Assembly (NCBI GenBank): GCA_903871575.1
Contig: CAIQHJ010000057.1
Coordinates: forward strand, 1-44,902
Reading direction: 5' to 3'
Length of the DNA: 44,902 nt
Source: an uncultured Bacteroidota bacterium
Lineage (GTDB): Bacteria > Bacteroidota > Bacteroidia > Chitinophagales > Chitinophagaceae
Positions 1-8,914 of the stretch are shown here, piece after piece. Position 1 is the stretch's first letter. Every line of letters starts with the position of its first letter. The position numbers and the translations under genes were made by a program. The notes under the pieces are model-generated. The model did not search any database. It was not told where the DNA came from and was given only the letters and a program-made list of their open reading frames with translations.

Positions 1-3000
1 ACTGTTGGTAATTGTGTTTCTGAAAGCCAAAATACTGCCGTCCATTTTTGAGGTTTCCTTGAAAGTAATGCTTCCGGCGCCACTAGTTGTTACAACAAAA
101 AATCCTTGTGCAGACTGAATATCGGTTACACCGGCTTGATAACTTCCACCACCTGGTGTAGCAATTCCATCTGGAGTTACCGTTTGAAATCCACCATAAG
201 TTCCCAATCTTGGGTCATATAAATATAAGAATGAAGTGATGTTGGTTTTAGGGAGTGTCCAAAAGTTGATGGAGCTTGGATATGGGTTGGCAACGCTCAC
301 AAATTGATTAGCGCCGCTTCCTATGGTAACCAATGTATCGCCAACATTTAAGGTTCCTTTTTCTCTTAAGGTTGTTGAATCTGGTGCTTGAGATAATAAT
401 GTTTTGGCTCTGCTTCCTCTTATGAAAATCATGTATGCTTTTGATTTGTCAAAGCGCGCATTTGTTGTAGATAATCCAATATAATTTTGTGTGACATGGT
501 CGTAATATTTCATAGATGGTACATTGGAAAGCGTATCAAAACCGTTTGCTGCCCATGCGCCATTTGATGTTATTTGGGTTCCGTATCCAGGATTAGGATT
601 AGCATTTGCTGAACCACCTTCTTGCCAAGCTTGCTTTATCGTTTGGAAGTCATGTTTTGTTGGCATAGACAATAGTCTCCAAGCTTTGAGTGTTGAATCA
701 CTATTGGTTGATAGATTTTTGATGTTGGAAATAAATCGCTCCACAGTTGCTACGCCTAAAATTTTGTTGCCACTGTTGACGCCACCATTTGTAACATCCG
801 CAACACTTGCCGTGCCCGTGTTTCTTGACTTCAACACCAACAATCCATTTGAAAATAAAGTTTTGGCATTAACGTTTCCAAATTTCAATTTCCCAGTTCC
901 ATTAATGATTAATGAAGGTCCAACTCTAAATGGCCCAAAAGTGTTTCCTGGAAAATCATATGTTGCTGAGTCGAGATAAAAATAACCTGAAACGGTTACC
1001 AAATCCGACACCGTTAAATTGTATGGCGTTCTTGTGAGTGTATCAAACAAGCACATTAAGCGACCATCATTAAGATTTAAATTTCTGACCGTTTTGCTGT
1101 TGCTTTTCAATGTGTATGTAAAACCATTGTTGATGGTTAAATCAATATTTGCAATATGCGTTCCGGGAAGCTCATTGGTTGACAATAAATTTCCGTTGAT
1201 AAAAACTCTAATTAAATCCGTAGGAACTGCCCCCATCACAACCGTGCCGGTATCTAAATTTAAATTACCAGAAGTTCTGATTATGATTGCATTGTTTTTA
1301 AATGTAAGCGTTCGTCCTGCACCGATTGCTAAATTCCCTCCATTCATCAACACGGTTCCACTAATTGTTGCTGCACATCCAGACGACAAACTTGCACCGG
1401 TAGCTATTTCAATATTTGCTACCGTTGGATACAATGTTATCGATTTTCCAGAACCAGTGAATTTGATTTCACCACTACCAGTACTGTTATGCGTTGCTGG
1501 CCCTACTAAGTTGCCATTACAAACAATGGTGTTTCCTCCATCATTGAATTTTCCTGAGGTTAGATAAATACCTCCTATTGCTGAGGAAACTACCGTCGGT
1601 CCAACCGCTAAAATTGAATCATTAACAGCGGTTGCAATTTCCAGATTAGAAATGGTAACGCCTGAAATGGTTTTATTGCTTCCAATCATTTTGATTTTGC
1701 CCACTCCACCAATTTGAGTTCCAGTTCCCAATACATGCCCTGAAACGGTTGCCATGTTGCTATTCAAATCCAATGTTCCACCCGCAGTTAAGGTCAAGTC
1801 ATTATTAACGTTAAAAGACACTGCACCAGATACAACTGCAGCTGATGCTATTTCCAAATTTCCAAAGGCAACGCCTGCAATATTGATTGCTCCGGCACCA
1901 ATCATTTTTATTTTTCCGGTACCGGTTGATGTGTGAATGCTTGGTCCTGATACGCTACCACTAACCGTTACAATTTTTCCGCTATCTCTAAATGTTCCTG
2001 ATGATAAAAACAGATTAGAAGAAATTCTTAACGTATCGGAAGCATAAATAAAATCGGCAGCAGCAGGTAAAGCAATTTCCAAATTAGATACATTCACGCC
2101 CGAAACTTTTTTACCTGTTGTGGTCATTTTTATTCTTCCAGGCCCAGTGTAAAAAGAATTTCCCAATAAGTTTCCTGCTAGGTTTGTGATGTACGTTGTT
2201 CCGGGATTTGTGCTGTAAATACCGGATGTCAACGTCAAATCATTGGCTACATTAAAGGTGGTTGAATCGTACACTGTATTTACACCTGCATTGATTTCAA
2301 GATTACCTACTGTAAATGCACCGCCTTTAATAGAGCGACCTGTTGTTGTGTTGGCGCCTGTCATCACAATTTTCCCTGATCCATAACTAACATGGGTACC
2401 TGCAATTCCGGTGATGGAGCCTAAGTTGGTGATCACAAAACCACTGTCTAATAATTTTCCTGCAGAAAGATCTAAATATTGATTAACGGTGACATTGCTC
2501 GACAAAGCAACTTCGGCATTTGTACCTGTTCTGTTTATCTTCAACATGGCCAAGGTTTGAAACCCGGGTGTAAATAACAATTTCCCTGCAGAACCCGAAT
2601 TTGTTCCACCAAAAATTAAGTTGGCAAAAGGCTTTGCCGTAATGGTTCCTGTGCTGATGATGTTTCCATTGATGGTGAAATTAGAAGTGTCTTTCATATC
2701 TAAAACCGCACCTGGTTGAACTTCTAAATCTACAATTGTTCTTGAGCCAGAAGGTGAAAAAGTTCCTGATAATATTTTTAATGTTCCGTAAGCTCCTGGG
2801 TTGGTTAAATAAGCAAATTCATTATCAGAGGCCATGGTATTGCCAATGGTAATGTTGATTCGATCTGTTGATTGACTTCCAAAAGTAAGACATCCAGAAT
2901 TTAAAGTAATTTTTGATGTAGATAGGTTTCTATAAATGGTTGAGCCATTTGCCATTCTTATGGTGTTACCAAATCCAACAGTAAGTACAGCTTGATTGTC

Positions 3001-5250
3001 TAATTTAAAAATACCCGGAACGGTTTTATATACATTTTTTAGCGCTACACCGCCCGAAACCACTGTACTAGGAACATCTGGATTAGACAACGCAAAAGTA
3101 AATGTATTGGTTGTTGGAACAGAGGTAATAGTGAAGGTGCCGCCAAAAATGTAACCAAATTCAGAACTTGATAAGCTACCAATTGTAACCACACTATTTA
3201 AGGCAAATGCATGCGGAGCGCTGGTAGTTATTGTTGCCACACCAGCAGTTAGTTGTACATTGATTACCGTATAAGAAACAGCTGCATTTTGAAAAACCAA
3301 TTTATTAGCGCCATCTAAAGTTACATTGGTTGGCCCATTAATATCAGGCCATTGCGGACTATTGTTGTATAGGGTATCATTACTGCTTCCAGTAAAATAG
3401 AAAGTAGCATTAGCTGCATAAGCTACATTATTCACACCTGGAGTTAACCCTTTTTTTCCTGCTAATCTTAAACTATTGGCAACGTTGATGTTTCCAGCCA
3501 ATGTGTTGTAAGTAGTGGCGTTGCTGTTAGAAAAAAGAATATTGAAATAATTAAACACAGGAATAGTTTGTCCTGGTGTTGTTGCTAGTGAATTGAAATT
3601 AAACGTACTTCCCGTAGTGGTATAATTCGCTAAAAAAGAACCAGGCGTGAATGTGCCTGCCACGCCAATGGTATCAGCCACACAAATGGTATTGGTAGGT
3701 GCGGAGGTATTGCTAACCGTGAGGTTGTTGAAATTAAATTTAGGTATCGTTTGACCACCGCTGGGATTATTGAAATTTACGGTGTTGCCTGTTGTGACAA
3801 AATAATATGGGAAATTACCTGGGTTAAAAGTGCCAGCAATAAAAATAGTTCCAGATGCTAACACATAACTGCTTGGTGTTGGTGGTAACGCAGCAGATGA
3901 AACTACTAAATTATTGTAGTAGGTAGCAGGAATGGTTTGTCCGTTGGTTAATCTATTAAAATTGATGGTATTACCCGTCACAATATTTTGAACGTTTGGT
4001 CCAGCTACTGTGAAAGTATTGGAAATGTTGATTGTACCTGCGCTCAAGGTATCTGCACCAGAAGTTGTCAACAAGATTAAATTGTTGTAACTGCCTAAAA
4101 CGACTCTTTGTTTACCTGCAGTGTTGGCATAAGAAACTGTGCCTCCCCATGAGTAACCACTTGGAATGGGTGTAGCAAATTGACTTTGGGTTGTTACGGT
4201 TCCGTCGTTTGTGATAGAGCTGGGCGATCCAGTAAATTTATACAACAAGAGGTTTAACGTAGTGTTCAAACTATCATAAAAACTACCGGTTACAGAAATA
4301 TCTGACACTGCAGTTTTTGTTCCATTTTTAAATACAACATTGGTGTATCGGTTTAGGGAGTCGGTAACCAACGGCACCGTTATATCACCGTTTTGTAAAG
4401 TTGCTGCAAGCAAGGTTTGTGTAGTTGCATTTGAGTATACTATAGTTCCTTGATTAATGAATTTTGTTACAGAAACAACAGGAATTGCACCAGTGAATTC
4501 TACGGTGGCATTATTTTCTATATAAACGGTTGCGCATTTGGCTTTGGATGATGTGGCAATTGCATAAGTACCAGTCAGTCCTGCATTTCCCGAAGCAGCA
4601 GAAACGAATTTTGCATTGCTTTTTACCCAAAAACAGGTATCTGCTGCCGTATTGCTAACTGCAATCAAATTCCCAGTTGACAAAGTACCACTCGATATTT
4701 TTAATTTCTTGCACTTATACCCGGTGCTCAAGGTACCGACAGCACCGGCATCTAAAGCGAATTCTGTATTATGAGAAACGCCATTTGAACCCCATTCACC
4801 AGCAACAGTAATAGGTCTTGTGCCACCAACAAACTTCAATACACCGGTAGAGCCAGTACTAATCATAGTTGATTTTAGCGTGGTAACAGAAGTTCCTTGA
4901 TATGTTCCATCATTGGCAGAAATTTCAGCAGCCAAAGCAGTAAATGCCCTTATTTTTCCATTGACATTAATATTGAATACACCAGAAATATTTAAAATAC
5001 CCAATGTATCTAAATGAAGATTAGTGCAAGAAGACTCTGCGTTTACAATGATTGTGTGGCCTCTTTGAATGTATACGTCATCTGTAGGGCCCGGGAATGT
5101 AGTTGAAGCGGTTGCCCATGTTGCTCCAGATTTGATTTGCCAACTAGCAGGTGCATTCCAATTGCCTCCTAATGAACGATAAATATTCTGACCTTCAACA
5201 ACTGCAATTGTGAAAAAAAATAAACAAATAATTAATAACGACTTTTTCAT
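1..5250 (-). CDS. Giant secreted repeat/beta-helix surface protein, probable T9SS cargo (partial, 3' end outside window; not in ORF track)
   Basis: Hand translation from ATG at 5250: MKKSLLIICLFFFTIAVVEGQNIYRSLGGNWNAPASWQ (signal peptide). Same frame at the left edge reads VANPYPSSINF...YLYDPRLGTYGGFQTV...IQSAQGFFV, motifs typical of large Bacteroidota T9SS proteins. No stop in the many stretches translated, but not every codon was checked. Confidence 0.88.
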   Translation of the reverse strand, partial: MKKSLLIICLFFFTIAVVEGQNIYRSLGGNWNAPASWQIKSGATWATASTTFPGPTDDVYIQRGHTIIVNAESSCTNLHLDTLGILNISGVFNINVNGKIRAFTALAAEISANDGTYQGTSVTTLKSTMISTGSTGVLKFVGGTRPITVAGEWGSNGVSHNTEFALDAGAVGTLSTGYKCKKLKISSGTLSTGNLIAVSNTAADTCFWVKSNAKFVSAASGNAGLTGTYAIATSSKAKCATVYIENNATVEFTGAIPVVSVTKFINQGTIVYSNATTQTLLAATLQNGDITVPLVTDSLNRYTNVVFKNGTKTAVSDISVTGSFYDSLNTTLNLLLYKFTGSPSSITNDGTVTTQSQFATPIPSGYSWGGTVSYANTAGKQRVVLGSYNNLILLTTSGADTLSAGTINISNTFTVAGPNVQNIVTGNTINFNRLTNGQTIPATYYNNLVVSSAALPPTPSSYVLASGTIFIAGTFNPGNFPYYFVTTGNTVNFNNPSGGQTIPKFNFNNLTVSNTSAPTNTICVADTIGVAGTFTPGSFLANYTTTGSTFNFNSLATTPGQTIPVFNYFNILFSNSNATTYNTLAGNINVANSLRLAGKKGLTPGVNNVAYAANATFYFTGSSNDTLYNNSPQWPDINGPTNVTLDGANKLVFQNAAVSYTVINVQLTAGVATITTSAPHAFALNSVVTIGSLSSSEFGYIFGGTFTITSVPTTNTFTFALSNPDVPSTVVSGGVALKNVYKTVPGIFKLDNQAVLTVGFGNTIRMANGSTIYRNLSTSKITLNSGCLTFGSQSTDRINITIGNTMASDNEFAYLTNPGAYGTLKILSGTFSPSGSRTIVDLEVQPGAVLDMKDTSNFTINGNIISTGTITAKPFANLIFGGTNSGSAGKLLFTPGFQTLAMLKINRTGTNAEVALSSNVTVNQYLDLSAGKLLDSGFVITNLGSITGIAGTHVSYGSGKIVMTGANTTTGRSIKGGAFTVGNLEINAGVNTVYDSTTFNVANDLTLTSGIYSTNPGTTYITNLAGNLLGNSFYTGPGRIKMTTTGKKVSGVNVSNLEIALPAAADFIYASDTLRISSNLFLSSGTFRDSGKIVTVSGSVSGPSIHTSTGTGKIKMIGAGAINIAGVAFGNLEIASAAVVSGAVSFNVNNDLTLTAGGTLDLNSNMATVSGHVLGTGTQIGGVGKIKMIGSNKTISGVTISNLEIATAVNDSILAVGPTVVSSAIGGIYLTSGKFNDGGNTIVCNGNLVGPATHNSTGSGEIKFTGSGKSITLYPTVANIEIATGASLSSGCAATISGTVLMNGGNLAIGAGRTLTFKNNAIIIRTSGNLNLDTGTVVMGAVPTDLIRVFINGNLLSTNELPGTHIANIDLTINNGFTYTLKSNSKTVRNLNLNDGRLMCLFDTLTRTPYNLTVSDLVTVSGYFYLDSATYDFPGNTFGPFRVGPSLIINGTGKLKFGNVNAKTLFSNGLLVLKSRNTGTASVADVTNGGVNSGNKILGVATVERFISNIKNLSTNSDSTLKAWRLLSMPTKHDFQTIKQAWQEGGSANANPNPGYGTQITSNGAWAANGFDTLSNVPSMKYYDHVTQNYIGLSTTNARFDKSKAYMIFIRGSRAKTLLSQAPDSTTLREKGTLNVGDTLVTIGSGANQFVSVANPYPSSINFWTLPKTNITSFLYLYDPRLGTYGGFQTVTPDGIATPGGGSYQAGVTDIQSAQGFFVVTTSGAGSITFKETSKMDGSILAFRNTITNS
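1380..2480 (-). repeat. About five degenerate ~75-aa protein repeats in the giant ORF
   Basis: GKIVMTG..NLEIN, GRIKMTT..NLEIA, GKIKMIG..NLEIA (twice), GEIKFTG..NIEIA at about 220-235 nt spacing. Confidence 0.8.
3480..4150 (-). repeat. Three to four ~60-aa protein repeats in the giant ORF
   Basis: TGNTINFNRLTNGQTIPATYYNNL, TGNTVNFNNPSGGQTIPKFNFNNL, TGSTFNFNSLATTPGQTIPVFNYFNI, plus weaker TVSYANTAGKQRVVLGSYNNL. Confidence 0.8.
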
Positions 5251-5500
5251 GTAGTTCTTTCTACTTTAAATTTAGAATTATTCAGTTGAGTAAGCAAACT
5301 TTGTTTAATTATTTTTTATTATGCGATATCATTTCTTAATTCTTGCGCACTTTTATATCGAAGTTTTAAAAATTGTTATCGAATGTAATCTAAGTTTAAA
5401 AAGACTAATGATTTTTAATTTAATTCCTAAATAGATTTTAATTATTTAAAAGTTATTATAGTCAATCTCTAACAAAAATTTATTTATGTTAGATGTCATC

Positions 5501-5508
5501 CAAAATTA
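5501..5508 (-). promoter_or_regulatory. Bacteroidota -7 promoter box for the giant ORF
   Basis: Minus strand TAATTTTG matches TAnnTTTG; a near -33 element (TTTC, 5528-5531) lies 19 nt upstream. Confidence 0.55.
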
Positions 5509-5513
5509 AAGTT

Positions 5514-5539
5514 CGGAAACGATGCCGGAAAGGATTTCG
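5514..5539. promoter_or_regulatory. Putative LacI-family operator, copy 1
   Basis: CGGAAACGATGCCGGAAAGGATTTCG; core AACGATGCCGGAAAGG (5518-5533) is identical to 27938-27953. Confidence 0.7.
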
Positions 5540-5704
5540 CGATTTTGACTTATTCAATTTATTTCTATTGTTATAGATGCTTGTTTAATAAGCTATTTCA
5601 AATAAGCGCCAATACATCAACAAATCTCTTATGGAATGATCTAAAAATTGTTTTAGTTGATCGCTTTTAAACAATTGCTCCATTCCATCAAACAATCTTG
5701 CCTT

Positions 5705-5739
5705 AAAAAATGTTGTCTATTTATTGAAAATAGACAGCA
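5705..5739 (-). terminator. Intrinsic terminator ending the PUL operon after kdgK
   Basis: Inverted repeat TGTTGTCTATTT / AAATAGACAGCA (one mismatch on the minus strand) followed by U6 on the minus strand. Confidence 0.7.
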
Positions 5740-5762
5740 AAAGCATTTGTTATTTGTTATGA

Positions 5763-6788
5763 TTATCGTTGCACCCTACCACTTCCATCTCCTTTCATCA
5801 AATCCTTTACCTCACTTAAAGTTGCATGATTCAAATCGCCCGGAATGGTATGCTTTATTGCACTTGCCGCTACGCCAAACTCTGCAGCTTCATTCATTGG
5901 CATTCCTGTTACCAAACCATAAATTAAACCGCTGGCAAAACTATCACCACTTCCCACTCTATCTACAATTCTTACATTGTATTGTTTGGTATGATAAAAT
6001 TCGCTTCCATCATAAACCAATGCACTCCAGCCATTATCACTTGCACTATGACTTTCTCTTAATGAAGACGCAATGAATTTAAATCCGAATTTCTCTTTCA
6101 TTTGGTGGAACACATCTTTAAACCCATCCAAATTCAATTCGCCTTTTGTTACATCAGTATCTTTTGCTTTGAAACCCAAGGTAGTGTCTGCATCTTCTTC
6201 ATTGCCAATACACACATCAACATACTGACAAAGGTTGGTCATTACTTCCCTTGCTTTTTCTTTGCTCCACAATTTTTTTCTATAGTTCAAATCAATACTT
6301 GTGGTGATGCCTTTAGCTTTTGCTGCTTTCAAAGCTGCTTCAGTTAATGCTGCAGCTTTATCGCTCAATGCGGGAGTGATGCCTGTTGTATGAAACCAAG
6401 AAGCACCTTCAAATATTTTATCAAAATCAAATTCACTGGCATCAACATCTGCAATGCTTGCTCCAGCTCTGTCGTAAACCACTTGTGAAGCTCTCATAGA
6501 AGCACCCGTCTCTAAAAAATAAATGCCTAATCTGTCTCCACCTCTTGACACGAATTGTGTATCTACACCATAACGACGAAGATGATTAATCGCAGATTGA
6601 CCGATTGGATTATTCGGCACTTTGGTTACGAAAGTTCCGTTAAGTCCATAATTACACAAAGCCGCTGCTACGTTGGCTTCCCCACCACCGTATGTAACAT
6701 CAAATGTATCGGCTTGTACAAATCGTTTAAAATCAGGAGTAGATAATCTTAGCATGATTTCTCCTAGGGTTACTACTTTCTTGCTCAT
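5763..6788 (-). CDS. kdgK: 2-keto-3-deoxygluconate kinase (PfkB family)
   Basis: GEIMLRLS, GGGEANVA, DLNYRKKLW, DRVGSGDSFASG motifs; uronate PUL context. Confidence 0.93.
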   Translation of the reverse strand: MSKKVVTLGEIMLRLSTPDFKRFVQADTFDVTYGGGEANVAAALCNYGLNGTFVTKVPNNPIGQSAINHLRRYGVDTQFVSRGGDRLGIYFLETGASMRASQVVYDRAGASIADVDASEFDFDKIFEGASWFHTTGITPALSDKAAALTEAALKAAKAKGITTSIDLNYRKKLWSKEKAREVMTNLCQYVDVCIGNEEDADTTLGFKAKDTDVTKGELNLDGFKDVFHQMKEKFGFKFIASSLRESHSASDNGWSALVYDGSEFYHTKQYNVRIVDRVGSGDSFASGLIYGLVTGMPMNEAAEFGVAASAIKHTIPGDLNHATLSEVKDLMKGDGSGRVQR

Positions 6789-6907
6789 TGTTTGTTTGGT
6801 TTTATTGTTTTAATGAATTGATTTTTTATTTTGAGTACAATTTTTTACTTCAAATGTTTCTTTTTTTCTACCACATTTCAGTGCTCAACAACAGCCACTT
6901 CTATATT

Positions 6908-8896
6908 TTATCTAACTATCGAAAATTGACTTGTTTGAATTTCATTTCCAATTTCCAATCGCATGAAATAACTTCCAGAAGCCAATGCTGATATCTCTAC
7001 AAATGCGCTTTGATTACCTGTTGTATTGGTTTTGTTCTGCCTTAGTGATTTCACCAACTTTCCATCGGTGTTGTAAATTTTTATTTTTACAACATCTCCA
7101 TTTTTATTAAAATAATTTACCGTGATGTTATTTTTTGCAGGGCTTGGGAATAGCAAAATTTGGGCACCTATTTCACCATTTACGATCAATTGTTGGTCTA
7201 CATTTGCGGCTGGATGGTAATATAAATTCCCTTGCTGACTTGCCGTAATTACACAAGTTCCCAAAGCTATGATGTGAATTTTACCATTGATAATTTTTGC
7301 AACAAGCGTATCTGAGCTTGCATATGAAACTGGTAAGCCTGAGCTTGACGTAGCGCCAGGATAAAAATCCAAACTATCCAATGATTTTAAAGGAATTGGC
7401 GGAAATGCAATTTGTTGAGGTCTTTTATGATCAATCATGCGCTCATTCAATTGCATGTTGAATAAACTTGGAATTGCAGCAATATGGGTACCACTTGATT
7501 CTACAAATCCATAAGGTTCTGTTGTAAGATCGCCAACATTTGTTATATCAACAAATTGACAACCAATGGCCCAATTGGTATAATCCCACTCAGGATCTTG
7601 TATCACCAATCTATATCCATCGCAGTTCCAAAACATCGTTTGTCCACCAGCCCAACCGTGACCACTACCCGAATTGGCTCTGTTTTGAACAGCCATATTT
7701 CCATCCCCAACTACATTATCAAATAAAATTCCTGTCGACCATCTATGATGCGGTCCGATGTCGGCGTTTTGTTGTGTTGCAATACAATTATAAAAAACAA
7801 CAGGTCCGGGTGTTCTGCTCCCATTAACATAATCATGTCGACCATTTCTTGTAAAGCAATTTTGAACCAACGATCTTTGACCATCTACATTGAAAGCATA
7901 CCGTCTTCCTCCATCCAATGTTGATTTGGGATCTAAAAATTTACAACTATCCACGGTAATAAAACTTGCCCCATCTTCAATATGTACAGCAGCATAGCCC
8001 ACATATTGTACTTCTATATTTTTTGCCCAAGCATTGGTAATGTTGTAAAAAGTGATGGCTTCCCAACAATGGTTTTCATCTGTTTCCGAAACATAGGTCG
8101 AAGTAATTTTCATGTTTTCGATTCCGCAGTTTTCTATTCTTTCAGATGTAAATTTTAAAACTTCACCCGGAGCATATGTAGCATCCATGATGTCAACAAC
8201 TGGCGCATCTATGGTCAGTTCATTACCATTGACCGCAGTTATTTTTCTTTCGAAATAAATATCATAAGAAGGATATGTCCATCCCCATTGCGCCATATTC
8301 AACAAATCAATCCAAGTTTGTTTTGGAATTCGATGAACCATAACCTGATCGCCCACATTAAAACTGTGTCCGGTTGCAACAGAAAATTGATTGCTACCAA
8401 ATGGAACATATGCGTTGGTGATGGCTTTCTTCGTAGACGAAATATATTGCAATCCCGCATTTCCAGAAAAATAAAACAAACTGTATTGAGCTGTTTTGGT
8501 TCCCTTAAATTCTGTTGCATTCCCCTCGCCTCTCAATACGATTCCACTTGCTGAAATTTTAATGGTGTCACTCATTTCATACAAACCACTTTTAAATAAT
8601 ATCGCTCCCCTGAAACCATTGGCATCTAGAGGATAAGTAGCAACTTCATTGATAGCTTCTTGAACGTTTTGTAGATTATCGCCGGCAACAGGATATACAA
8701 TTTTAACTACGCTTACCAATGGAATTGGCTCTTCGCTGTTTCTATAACCAACGCCACTAAAATCTGGAATTTTATTTCCTTTAGAATCTAGTGTGTATAA
8801 CAACTTTCCATCAGCACCTACAGACACCAATGATGTTGTTTGTGATTTGGCTATGTGAACAAACAATAAAAATATAAAAAATAATTTCAGCTTCAT
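6908..8896 (-). CDS. Secreted pectin-lyase-like beta-helix protein, putative unclassified polysaccharide lyase, with Ig-like module and T9SS C-terminal domain
   Basis: Signal peptide; IPDFSGVGY, IQ/VQEAIN, SGIVLRGEG beta-helix start; GPHHRWSTGILFDN and SGHGWAG motifs; CTD with LFPSPA, IYNTDGKLV, LASGSYFMRL. Confidence 0.7.
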   Translation of the reverse strand: MKLKLFFIFLLFVHIAKSQTTSLVSVGADGKLLYTLDSKGNKIPDFSGVGYRNSEEPIPLVSVVKIVYPVAGDNLQNVQEAINEVATYPLDANGFRGAILFKSGLYEMSDTIKISASGIVLRGEGNATEFKGTKTAQYSLFYFSGNAGLQYISSTKKAITNAYVPFGSNQFSVATGHSFNVGDQVMVHRIPKQTWIDLLNMAQWGWTYPSYDIYFERKITAVNGNELTIDAPVVDIMDATYAPGEVLKFTSERIENCGIENMKITSTYVSETDENHCWEAITFYNITNAWAKNIEVQYVGYAAVHIEDGASFITVDSCKFLDPKSTLDGGRRYAFNVDGQRSLVQNCFTRNGRHDYVNGSRTPGPVVFYNCIATQQNADIGPHHRWSTGILFDNVVGDGNMAVQNRANSGSGHGWAGGQTMFWNCDGYRLVIQDPEWDYTNWAIGCQFVDITNVGDLTTEPYGFVESSGTHIAAIPSLFNMQLNERMIDHKRPQQIAFPPIPLKSLDSLDFYPGATSSSGLPVSYASSDTLVAKIINGKIHIIALGTCVITASQQGNLYYHPAANVDQQLIVNGEIGAQILLFPSPAKNNITVNYFNKNGDVVKIKIYNTDGKLVKSLRQNKTNTTGNQSAFVEISALASGSYFMRLEIGNEIQTSQFSIVR

Positions 8897-8914
8897 TTAT
8901 ACGTTGTCGTTAAT

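Noticed and set aside
524-1936. Plus-strand ORFs of 151, 182 and 60 aa
   Set aside because: Antisense shadows of the giant minus-strand gene; no independent motifs
5213-5220. A8 homopolymer in the giant gene signal peptide as a phase-variation switch
   Set aside because: Short, encodes Phe codons, frame intact, and such runs are common in this AT-rich DNA
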